NCBI GenBank assembly: GCA_040752125.1
Contig: JBFMFK010000004.1
Span: 1 to 48,781 of the forward strand
Length of the DNA: 48,781 nucleotides
Origin: Patescibacteria group bacterium
Lineage (GTDB): Bacteria > Patescibacteriota > Minisyncoccia > UBA9983
Direction: 5' to 3'
Of the stretch, positions 18,583-26,791 are shown piece after piece. The position numbers and the translations under genes were made by a program. The notes below the pieces were generated by a model. The model did no database searches. It had not been told where the DNA came from and was given only the letters and a program-made list of their open reading frames with translations. How positions within the stretch are numbered: position 1 is the first letter of the stretch; each line of letters opens with the position of its first letter.

Positions 18583-19189
18583 ATAATTGTGCAACCAAAT
18601 AACCGACACCAAACGGTCCCTCATAGGATAAAATCTTTGCCTCCCAATTAACTTTTGAAGCTTCCAAAATTCCCAAAAGAAAACAAAAAGAACGCAAACC
18701 GCACTCTCCTGCTTCAGGAAATTTTTCATTAAGTTTCAGAATATTTTCAATGTCTTTTTTTGTTAAATATTCTATTAAGGTCTTATCAAATCTAGGCCCA
18801 TGAGGATGAAAACCATAAGGTCCTTCTTCTTTCAAGCAATGTGATAAATCACCAGAGGCAATTAATCCAGTTCTCAATTTATAGTTTTCAATTTTCAATT
18901 TGTAGAATTTCTTTCCTTCCTCAAAATAATATTGTGGAGGCTCTAGTCCAGTTAAAATCGTTTGTATTTGTCCGTTAAAATCTTTGGCTAGAAAATGCAA
19001 CGGAACGTTGATTCCCCAATCAGGATGAGGTGAAGAAATAATAATAGAATCAGGTCTTATTTTTTTAAATTCCGCTCCCAATATTTCTAGGGCCTTTAGA
19101 GTCTTCTCTACTTTTTTACGATCATTCACTGAACTAATATCAGGTAAAAGCAAGGGAGGATGCGGAACAATGGCAGCAAAAGTGATCAT
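18575..19189 (-). CDS. AmmeMemoRadiSam protein B (Memo/LigB-like)
   Basis: AAIVPHPP, SSPH, ASGDLSH, ECGLRS, YEGPFGVGY. Confidence 0.85.
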   Translation of the reverse strand: MITFAAIVPHPPLLLPDISSVNDRKKVEKTLKALEILGAEFKKIRPDSIIISSPHPDWGINVPLHFLAKDFNGQIQTILTGLEPPQYYFEEGKKFYKLKIENYKLRTGLIASGDLSHCLKEEGPYGFHPHGPRFDKTLIEYLTKKDIENILKLNEKFPEAGECGLRSFCFLLGILEASKVNWEAKILSYEGPFGVGYLVAQLYG

Positions 19190-19193
19190 AGAA

Positions 19194-20228
19194 TTAGAAA
19201 ACACCGTCTAATTTTTTACCGCAATGAGAACATTCGCCTTTTTTGTCTTGGCGAACCACATAATAACCAATTCGTTTTATAATCGGCTTTTTGCAAAAAG
19301 GACAAAAAGTATCTTCCATTCCCTGCTCTAGTACATTTCCAGAATAAACATATTTCAATTCCTCTTCTTTGCCGATTTGGTAGGTCTTTTTGATTATCTC
19401 TATAGAGGTATCGGCTAGATGCTGAAGCTTCCAAGAAATAATACCGGAAAAAGCACTGATATGCCAAGGAATAAAATCGCCCAGATTATTTTTAATAAAT
19501 TTAGCAATATTGCGGAGCATTTTTTCATCGTCAGAAAGTGTGGGAATAATTAAAGTAGTTATTTCCAGCCAAATTTTTTCCTTAACAAATCTTTTGCAAT
19601 TATTAAGCACTGGCTCTAGACGGGCGCCGCAAATAGATTTATAAAATTCATCATCAAAAGATTTAATATCCACATTAATAGCATCGAGATATGGAGCAAT
19701 CATATCAATGGTTTTATCTGACATAAACCCATTTGAGACCCAGACATTTTTTAATCCTTTTTCTTTGGCGATTTTCATTGTATCCAAAGCATATTCCAGA
19801 AAAATCGTTGGTTCAGTGTAAGTATAAGAAATACTCGGGCATTTATTTTTGATTGCTTCTTCTACAATCTTTTCTGGCGCTAAATCTGCACCCCAATAAA
19901 TTTTTTTGTATTTTTCAACTTTGCCTTTTGCTCCGTACATTTGGGAAATATCATAATTCTGACAATTGGCACATCTAAAATTACAACCAATAGTAGCAAG
20001 GGAATAAGATAAAGTTCCCGGCAAAAAATGGAAAAGTGGTTTTTTTTCAACAGGATCCACATTAACTGCCATCGCCTTGCTATAATTCAAAGCGTATAAC
20101 TTGCCGCCGATATTCTGGCGGACGCCACAGATGCCAGTTCTATTTTTTTGAATTTTGCAAAAATGCGAACAAGTCTGACACTGCAAAGTCTGCTCATTTA
20201 TTTTTTTATACAAGTAGCATTCTTTCAT
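19194..20228 (-). CDS. amrS: AmmeMemoRadiSam radical SAM enzyme
   Basis: DPVEKKPLFHF, GCNFRCANCQN, YTYTEP, N- and C-terminal Cys clusters. Confidence 0.92.
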   Translation of the reverse strand: MKECYLYKKINEQTLQCQTCSHFCKIQKNRTGICGVRQNIGGKLYALNYSKAMAVNVDPVEKKPLFHFLPGTLSYSLATIGCNFRCANCQNYDISQMYGAKGKVEKYKKIYWGADLAPEKIVEEAIKNKCPSISYTYTEPTIFLEYALDTMKIAKEKGLKNVWVSNGFMSDKTIDMIAPYLDAINVDIKSFDDEFYKSICGARLEPVLNNCKRFVKEKIWLEITTLIIPTLSDDEKMLRNIAKFIKNNLGDFIPWHISAFSGIISWKLQHLADTSIEIIKKTYQIGKEEELKYVYSGNVLEQGMEDTFCPFCKKPIIKRIGYYVVRQDKKGECSHCGKKLDGVF

Positions 20229-20248
20229 AAAATTGTTAATATTATACC

Positions 20249-21229
20249 ATGTCAAATGTTAAAAAATATCACATGATTACTTATGGATGTCAGGCCAACG
20301 TTGCGGACTCAGAAAGAATTGCTAGCCAATTAGAGACGATGAGATATAAAAAAGCCAAAAAGGCGGATGGTGCCGATCTGATTGTGCTCAATGCTTGTTC
20401 GGTGCGGCAATCAGCGATAGACCGCCTTTACGCAAAAGTAAATCAATTTAAAAATAAAAAAATTATTTTAACAGGATGTATTCTTCCAACTGATCGAAAA
20501 AAATTAAAAAATCAAGCAGCTGCAATCTGGCATCCGGATGAATATTTTGATTTAATACCGAATTATTCTCATTTTCCCATTGCTTATATTCCCATTATGA
20601 CTGGATGCAATAATTTCTGCACTTTTTGTGCTGTTCCGTATACTCGCGGCCGAGAACGTTCAAGGCCAGCCAAGGAAATAGTAAAAGAAGTCAGTAATCT
20701 AGTTAAAAAAGATTATAAAGAGATTTGGTTGTTGGGTCAAAATGTAAATTCTTATCCTAATTTTCCTGATTTATTGAGAAAGGTAAATAATATCCCCGGG
20801 GATTTCAAAATCTATTTTATGTCGCCCCATCCGAAAGATTTTTCTGATGATTTGATAAAAGCGATGAAGGAATGCAAAAAAGTTGTGCACTCTCTTAATC
20901 TGCCTCTACAATCAGGCGATAATAAAATCTTAAGAGCAATGAACCGACCATATACAGTCGGATATTACAAAAGATTAGTGAAAAAAATCAGAAAAGCGAT
21001 TCCTGACATTTTTTTGTCCACTGATATTATTGTCGGTTTCCCAGGAGAAACAAAAAAGCAATTCCAGAACACTGTTAAACTCTGCAAAGAATTAAAGTTC
21101 AACAAGGCCTACATCTCTAGATATTCTCCTCGCCGGGGCACTGCGGCCGCAAAATTAAAAAATAATGTTTCGCTAGAAGAAAAAAAACAGCGCTGGAAAA
21201 TATTGAATGATTTAATCAATAATAATTGA
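20249..21229 (+). CDS. miaB: MiaB-like tRNA methylthiotransferase lacking TRAM domain
   Basis: TYGCQAN, NACSVR, TGC, GCNNFCTFC, LLGQNVNSY, DIIVGFPGE; only 326 aa. Confidence 0.88.
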   Translation: MSNVKKYHMITYGCQANVADSERIASQLETMRYKKAKKADGADLIVLNACSVRQSAIDRLYAKVNQFKNKKIILTGCILPTDRKKLKNQAAAIWHPDEYFDLIPNYSHFPIAYIPIMTGCNNFCTFCAVPYTRGRERSRPAKEIVKEVSNLVKKDYKEIWLLGQNVNSYPNFPDLLRKVNNIPGDFKIYFMSPHPKDFSDDLIKAMKECKKVVHSLNLPLQSGDNKILRAMNRPYTVGYYKRLVKKIRKAIPDIFLSTDIIVGFPGETKKQFQNTVKLCKELKFNKAYISRYSPRRGTAAAKLKNNVSLEEKKQRWKILNDLINNN

Positions 21230-21256
21230 GTAAAATAATTGTAATTTTTAGACCGA

Positions 21257-21286
21257 TCAAGTGGAGTCAATTCAAGTGGAGTCAAT
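21257..21286. repeat. Tandem 15-mer (TCAAGTGGAGTCAAT)x2
   Basis: Two exact adjacent copies. Confidence 0.85.
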
Positions 21287-21302
21287 AAAAATTCTATCCT
21301 AA

Positions 21303-21322
21303 ACAAAATAAGCGATCGCTTA
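21303..21322. repeat. Palindromic direct repeat downstream of PaaX/Cas2-like gene
   Basis: ACAAAATAAGCGATCGC (17 nt) identical to 22024-22040; here completes the palindrome TAAGCGATCGCTTA. Confidence 0.85.
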
Positions 21323-21354
21323 AAGTATATAGAATAAAAATTTAATTGAATTCT

Positions 21355-22008
21355 TTAAATTCTTTTTTTAATAAAATCTTTAAAATGATACAGTACTTTT
21401 CCATCATCAATTTCATTAACAATAAAAAGTTTTACAAACGGTTTGATATTGAAAAAATCTTTTAGAAACTCAATTTCCTCTGTGCAATCAAAAGGATATA
21501 TCCAGATGCTTTTTTGACATTGATAAAAGCCGAGATCTTTTAATTTACGCCTTAATGCTTCTCTGAACTTTTTGCATGTTTCCGGTATGTCAAAAATTAC
21601 TAATCTCCATCTATTATCCCATTTTTGAGGTGTTTCTAATTTTAATTCATCAATTACAAATTTTCTTAATTTTTCTTTGCCGTTTTTATTGAATTTGTAT
21701 ATTAAATACCCATTTTCTTCTTTTACAAATTCTAAGGCCCTTTTCTTTTTAAGATAATTGAAACTTTGCCAAAATTGTTGATAATTTTTATAACTTTCTC
21801 GTCTTTGTCGGCTTCGGATTTTCCCAATTTCACTTAAAAGAGCGGGAAATGCCGCGCCAAATGTCAGTATTCCGCCAAGGGCAATGAGTCCTAAAGTGGC
21901 GTGAAGCGCTGTCTTGGCTTTTGGATTCTCCTTGAAGATTCTTACGATATATTTTCTTAAATTTGGTTCTAAACTTGTTTCGAATTTTATTGGTTTATGC
22001 TTAGGCAT
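21355..22008 (-). CDS. PaaX-like protein with Cas2/VapD-like C-terminal domain
   Basis: WDNRWRLVIFDIPE...REALRRKLKDLGFYQCQKSIW; preceded by winged-helix-like segment. Confidence 0.8.
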   Translation of the reverse strand: MPKHKPIKFETSLEPNLRKYIVRIFKENPKAKTALHATLGLIALGGILTFGAAFPALLSEIGKIRSRQRRESYKNYQQFWQSFNYLKKKRALEFVKEENGYLIYKFNKNGKEKLRKFVIDELKLETPQKWDNRWRLVIFDIPETCKKFREALRRKLKDLGFYQCQKSIWIYPFDCTEEIEFLKDFFNIKPFVKLFIVNEIDDGKVLYHFKDFIKKRI

Positions 22009-22023
22009 ATATATCTATTCTAT

Positions 22024-22040
22024 ACAAAATAAGCGATCGC
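22024..22040. repeat. Palindromic direct repeat upstream of PaaX/Cas2-like gene
   Basis: Identical to 21303-21319; lies between minus-strand TTGCGC (22044-22039) and TAGAAT (22022-22017). Confidence 0.85.
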
Positions 22041-22074
22041 GCAAGATATATAAAATACTACCGAGTAAAATAAA

Positions 22075-22098
22075 AAAGGGTAAGAATTCTTACCCTTT
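22075..22098. terminator. 24-bp perfect palindrome, probable bidirectional terminator
   Basis: AAAGGGTAAGAATTCTTACCCTTT flanked by A-run and T-run. Confidence 0.55.
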
Positions 22099-22222
22099 GA
22101 TTTTTTCTTTATTATTTATAACTTTTATTTATCATTCCTCTATTCAAGATATCTAATATTGTTTTATCTTCCTCATATGATTTTACATTATTCTAAAGAC
22201 AATCTATTCTATATTAATAAAT

Positions 22223-23209
22223 ATGTCAAGAACAAAAATTATCATGATTCTTGGCCCTACAGCTAGTGGAAAAAGCGAGTTGGCGGTAAAAATCGCCAAA
22301 AAAATAAATGGCGAAATTGTCTCTGCTGATTCAAGGCAGGTCTATAAAGGACTGAATATTGGAACAGGAAAAGTAAATGGGAAATGGAGAAGAAGAGTTG
22401 CCAAATCCCGTATATGCGGAAAAGAGCAATTGGTCTTTATGTATAAAAATATTCCGCATTATTGTATTGATTATGTTTCGCCGAAGAAAAGATATACTGT
22501 GATTGATTTCAAAAAATGTGCGGAGGGGGCAATTAAAGATATTTTTTCTCGCCGGAAGATTCCGATTATCTGCGGAGGGACAGGATTTTATATCAGTGTC
22601 ATCACTGGTGGAATTGATATTCCGGAGATAAAACCTAATTGGAAATTAAGAAAAAAATTAGAGAAAAAATCTACAGAGGAATTATTCAAGACGCTGAAAA
22701 AATTAGACCCAAAACGGGCGAAAAATATTGACAGATATAATCCGAGAAGATTAATAAGAGCTATAGAAATAGCTGAAGCGATATATGATTTTCGAGGCGG
22801 CGTCGGAGCCCGCTTGCGGGTTAAGACGCGAGAAAATCAAATGCCGCTTGAACAGATAGATTTTCTTGTGCTAGGCATTAAACTTCCGGAAAAAGAATTA
22901 AAAAAGCGCATAGAAAAACGAGTGAAAAAAATGTTTCGTGACGACCTGATCCGCGAAGTAAAAAATTTGCGTAATCCGCCGACTGGCAGAGGTCTTTCTT
23001 GGAAACGACTTTATGAACTTGGTTTTGAATATAAATATCCAGCCATGTTTTTGCAAGGCAAAATAAAAAAGCAGGGGATGATAGAGCGAATGATTTTAGA
23101 AAACTGGCATTATGCCAAACGCCAAATAATCTGGTTCAAAAAATACCAGCCAGAAACAAAATGGATTAAAAATTATAAAGAGATTGAAAGATTATTGTTT
23201 ATAAGATAA
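22223..23209 (+). CDS. miaA: tRNA dimethylallyltransferase
   Basis: GPTASGKS, SADSRQVY, GGTGFY, NPRRLIRAIE, YAKRQ. Confidence 0.96.
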   Translation: MSRTKIIMILGPTASGKSELAVKIAKKINGEIVSADSRQVYKGLNIGTGKVNGKWRRRVAKSRICGKEQLVFMYKNIPHYCIDYVSPKKRYTVIDFKKCAEGAIKDIFSRRKIPIICGGTGFYISVITGGIDIPEIKPNWKLRKKLEKKSTEELFKTLKKLDPKRAKNIDRYNPRRLIRAIEIAEAIYDFRGGVGARLRVKTRENQMPLEQIDFLVLGIKLPEKELKKRIEKRVKKMFRDDLIREVKNLRNPPTGRGLSWKRLYELGFEYKYPAMFLQGKIKKQGMIERMILENWHYAKRQIIWFKKYQPETKWIKNYKEIERLLFIR

Positions 23210-23731
23210 TAAAAACTTATTTATTTTTTCTCCAAATTCTGCGGCAGCTAATGGGCCGCAGGCAGTAATTATATTGCCGTCTTCTACTACATTCTCTCTT
23301 GTGTAATTAGCCCCATTTGATTCTAAAATATCAATCGGACTTCTATCTATCGGGGAATTCCAAACAGTCGCTTTTTTTCCTTGTAAAATTCCAGCCTTAG
23401 CCAAAATCACTGGAGCAATGCAGATTGCTGAAACAAGTTTCTTCTTTTTAAATGCTTCCCTAGACAAATTATAACTATTTTCATTATCCAAGTTTTCTAT
23501 CGCGCCTGGACCTCCGATAAAGATGATAACATCAAAATCATCGGTATTAATTTCTCCTAAATTCATATCAATACTTGTCTTTCTGCCAGATGCACCAACA
23601 GCAATCTGGCCGGCCTTTAGATTACTGGCAGTTTTTATGAGATGACCTGCTTTCCCTAAAATTTCTTTGGGAATAAAATATTCTTCATCCTTGAAATCTT
23701 CTTTTGCAATGACAAATAAGATCTTGGCCAT
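23192..23731 (-). CDS. DJ-1/PfpI family protein
   Basis: FKDEEY, FIGGPG, SAICIAP, DGNIITA; start moved to 23731 to avoid tRNA-Trp. Confidence 0.92.
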   Translation of the reverse strand: MAKILFVIAKEDFKDEEYFIPKEILGKAGHLIKTASNLKAGQIAVGASGRKTSIDMNLGEINTDDFDVIIFIGGPGAIENLDNENSYNLSREAFKKKKLVSAICIAPVILAKAGILQGKKATVWNSPIDRSPIDILESNGANYTRENVVEDGNIITACGPLAAAEFGEKINKFLLSYKQ

Positions 23732-23736
23732 AGATG

Positions 23737-23807
23737 CGGGAACTGGAGGAATTGAACCCCCGACTGCGGTTTTGGAGACCGCCATTATACCACTTAACTA
23801 AGCTCCC
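23737..23807 (-). tRNA. tRNA-Trp(CCA)
   Basis: Acceptor GGGAGCT/AGTTCCC, GCGGT-CTCCAAA-ACCGC anticodon arm, GGTTCAATTCC; no CCA tail. Confidence 0.95.
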
Positions 23808-23965
23808 TATTTTTTAACCTCCTTATGAAGCGTATGCTTCCTGCACCACTTACAAAACTTCTTGAGTTCTATCTTCCGCTCAACCTTCTTTTTGTTTTTT
23901 CTGCTCCAATAATTTATTCTTTTACAAACTGTGCATTGCAGTTTTATCAATTTTTCTTGCGCCAT
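23807..23965 (-). CDS. rpmG: 50S ribosomal protein L33 (Cys-containing form)
   Basis: Manual translation MAQEKLIKLQCTVCKRINYWSRKNKKKVERKIELKKFCKWCRKHTLHKEVKK; below the ORF-track cutoff. Confidence 0.95.
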   Translation of the reverse strand: MAQEKLIKLQCTVCKRINYWSRKNKKKVERKIELKKFCKWCRKHTLHKEVKK

Positions 23966-23995
23966 TTTAATTTATATCTTATACTTACAATTTAG

Positions 23996-24080
23996 GGGTA
24001 GGTGGCGGAGTGGACAATCGCACCAGACTGTAAATCTGGCGGCCTAACGGCCTTCGGGGGTTCAAATCCCTCCCTGCCCA
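23996..24080 (+). tRNA. tRNA-Tyr(GTA)
   Basis: CCAGA-CTGTAAA-TCTGG anticodon arm, long variable arm, GGTTCAAATCC; no CCA. Confidence 0.95.
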
Positions 24081-24087
24081 CAACTTA

Positions 24088-26766
24088 CTACACCCTGATT
24101 CTTTCTTTAGATTCTTTTTTTGTCTTGCTTTTTCCTATTATCTCTGCCTTTAAATATTCATTCTTCAAATTAATAAAAACAGTGTCGTTTCTTTTTGCCT
24201 TGCCGGCGATGATTAGATTGGCCACTTGGTTTAGAATGTGGTTCTGGATAAAACGTTTCAAAGGACGGGCGCCATAATGAGGATTATATCCTTCCTTTGC
24301 TAAAAAAGAAAGTGCCTCTGAAGAAATTTTAAAATTGATATCTTTCTCTATTAATCTTTTCCTCACTATATCGATTTGAATATTTACAATATCTCTTAGG
24401 TCTGCTGGCGTAAGATTATTAAAGAAGATTATTTCATCTAATCTGTTTAAAAATTCTGGCCTAAATCTGTTTTCCAAAGCATTCATAATCTTCTCTTTGA
24501 TCTGTAACTCTTCCTCTTTACCTTTTTCATCAACTGTAAAACCAATCCTTTCCAATCTCCTGACATATTCTGATCCGATATTTGAAGTCATAATTAAAAT
24601 CGTATTCTTAAAATTGACATGCCTACCTTTGGCATCAGTAAGACGGCCATTATCTAATATCTGAAGCAAGATATTAAAAACCTCAGGATGAGCTTTCTCT
24701 ATTTCATCAAAAAGAACAATGGAATAAGGTCTATGCCTTATCAATTCCGTCAATTGGCCTCCTTCTTCATAACCAACATAACCCGGCGGCGATCCAATAA
24801 ACTTAGAAATGGCGTGTCGCTCCATATACTCTGACATATCAACCCTGACAAGTGCTTTTTCATCATTTAACATAAATTCAGCTAAGGCTCTGGCAAGTTC
24901 AGTCTTACCTACGCCTGTTGGCCCAAGAAACATAAATGATCCAATGGGCCTGTCTTCATAGGCAATGCCGGCCCTTGATCTTCTTATGGCATTGGCTATT
25001 TTATCAATTGCTTCATCCTGCCCCACTACTCGTTTTTTAAGAATGCTTTCCATTTTTAGTAATTTTTCCGATTCGCTCTCCAACATCTTCAGAACAGGTA
25101 TACCGGTCCAGCGGGAAACTACATTTGCCACATCTTCTTCTGTTATCTCCTCTTTAAGAATTCTCCTCGATGCTTGAAGCTTTTTCAATCTTCTCTCTTC
25201 GTTTTCAAGATTTTTTTCAATCTCTGGTATTCTTCCGTAACGAAGCTCGGCTGCATGAGCAAGATCAACTCTTCTCTCCGCCATCTCTGCTTCTACCCTT
25301 GATTTCTCAAGATCTTTTTTATACTGCCTGATTAAAGTAATAGCATCTTTTTCATTTTTCCATTTTAACTCTAGGGCTGAAATTTCTTCTCTGAGATTCC
25401 CTATTTTTTTCTCTATATCTCTTATTCTCTTTTTTGCCTTAATGGCCTCCTCATTCTTTCCTTCTGCATCCTTTCTCAATGCCTCTTTTTCAATCTCCAG
25501 CTTGGTTATTTCTCTATTCACTATTTCTAATTCCTCCGGCATGCTATCTAATTCTAATCTTAATGCCGACGCCGCCTCATCAATCAAATCTACTGCCTTG
25601 TCAGGTAAAAATCTGTCTGAAATATATTTACTGGAAAGAGTGGCAGCTGATATTATTGCATCATCTGTTATTCTTATGCCGTGATGAAGTTCATATCTTT
25701 CTTTCAATCCTCTCAAAATAGAAATCGTATCTTCAACAGACGGCTCTTCAACAAAAACTGGCTGGAATCTTCGTGTTAAGGCGGGGTCTTTTTCAATATA
25801 CTTCTGATATTCTTTTAATGTTGTGGCTCCGACAGCGTGAAGTTCTCCTTTTGACAAAGCAGGCTTTAACATATTGGATGCGTCAATAGCTCCTTCTGCT
25901 GCGCCTGCACCTACCAAAGTATGAATCTCATCAATGAAGATGATAATGTTGGAAGACTTTTCTATTTCTTTCAAAACTGCCTTTAGGCGCTCTTCAAACT
26001 CGCCCCTATATTTTGTTCCTGCCACCAAGGCACCAAGATCCAAAGAGATTAATTCTTTTTCACGAAGAGATTCTGGAACATCGCCTTGGGCGATCCTTCT
26101 TGCCAAGCCTTCAACAATTGCCGTCTTGCCAACACCAGCCTCTCCTATCAAAATCGGATTATTTTTTGTCCTGCGGCTCAAAATCTGCATTATCCTTTTG
26201 ATTTCATTTTCTCTTCCAATAACTGGATCTAGCTTATCCTCTCTTGCTAATTGTGTAAGATTTCTGGAATATTTTTCTAAAGATCTTGACTTCTGAACAG
26301 GTCCTGCCTCTGCAACATTGGATTGCCTTAATTCATTGAGGACTCTTGCCACTCCCTCTTTATCAATTCTGAACTTATTAATGATATCTCTTGCCATTGA
26401 TGGAACTTCAAGAATAGCCATAAAAAGATGTTCTGTGGACACAAAATCATCTTTCATCATCCTTGCTATGCGATGAGAAGCTTCCAAAACTTTAGCTAAT
26501 TCAGTGGTAAGATAAATCTGATAAGATGGCGTCAGAATAGAAGTCTTTTCGCTTTCATTCAAATGATCAAAAATTGAATCTGACAAAAAAAGAGCATCCA
26601 CTCCCATTCTTTCCAAAATAGCAATGACCATACTGTCTTCTTGGGTTGTTAGAGCGGCGAGCAAATGTAAAACATCTACGTGATTTTGACCGCGCTCTAT
26701 TGCAATCTCATGAGCGCGACGTATAGCCTCTTGAGCTTTGGATGTAAAATTTGAAAATGGTGGCAT
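24088..26766 (-). CDS. clpB: ATP-dependent chaperone ClpB
   Basis: Two AAA+ modules (GEAGVGKT, GPTGVGKT), long middle domain with AAELRYG. Confidence 0.9.
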   Translation of the reverse strand: MPPFSNFTSKAQEAIRRAHEIAIERGQNHVDVLHLLAALTTQEDSMVIAILERMGVDALFLSDSIFDHLNESEKTSILTPSYQIYLTTELAKVLEASHRIARMMKDDFVSTEHLFMAILEVPSMARDIINKFRIDKEGVARVLNELRQSNVAEAGPVQKSRSLEKYSRNLTQLAREDKLDPVIGRENEIKRIMQILSRRTKNNPILIGEAGVGKTAIVEGLARRIAQGDVPESLREKELISLDLGALVAGTKYRGEFEERLKAVLKEIEKSSNIIIFIDEIHTLVGAGAAEGAIDASNMLKPALSKGELHAVGATTLKEYQKYIEKDPALTRRFQPVFVEEPSVEDTISILRGLKERYELHHGIRITDDAIISAATLSSKYISDRFLPDKAVDLIDEAASALRLELDSMPEELEIVNREITKLEIEKEALRKDAEGKNEEAIKAKKRIRDIEKKIGNLREEISALELKWKNEKDAITLIRQYKKDLEKSRVEAEMAERRVDLAHAAELRYGRIPEIEKNLENEERRLKKLQASRRILKEEITEEDVANVVSRWTGIPVLKMLESESEKLLKMESILKKRVVGQDEAIDKIANAIRRSRAGIAYEDRPIGSFMFLGPTGVGKTELARALAEFMLNDEKALVRVDMSEYMERHAISKFIGSPPGYVGYEEGGQLTELIRHRPYSIVLFDEIEKAHPEVFNILLQILDNGRLTDAKGRHVNFKNTILIMTSNIGSEYVRRLERIGFTVDEKGKEEELQIKEKIMNALENRFRPEFLNRLDEIIFFNNLTPADLRDIVNIQIDIVRKRLIEKDINFKISSEALSFLAKEGYNPHYGARPLKRFIQNHILNQVANLIIAGKAKRNDTVFINLKNEYLKAEIIGKSKTKKESKERIRV

Positions 26767-26791
26767 ACAATTTTAAACTCTAATTTAAACT

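Noticed and set aside
21355-22008. CRISPR-Cas locus suggested by the Cas2-like motif
   Set aside because: No repeat-spacer array, cas1 or effector genes in the window; the flanking repeats are only two 17-mers
23732-23785. Extended DJ-1 N-terminus from the ORF track (likewise iscS GTG at 29762, ORFs 18319-18501 and 24002-24277)
   Set aside because: These run through tRNA genes
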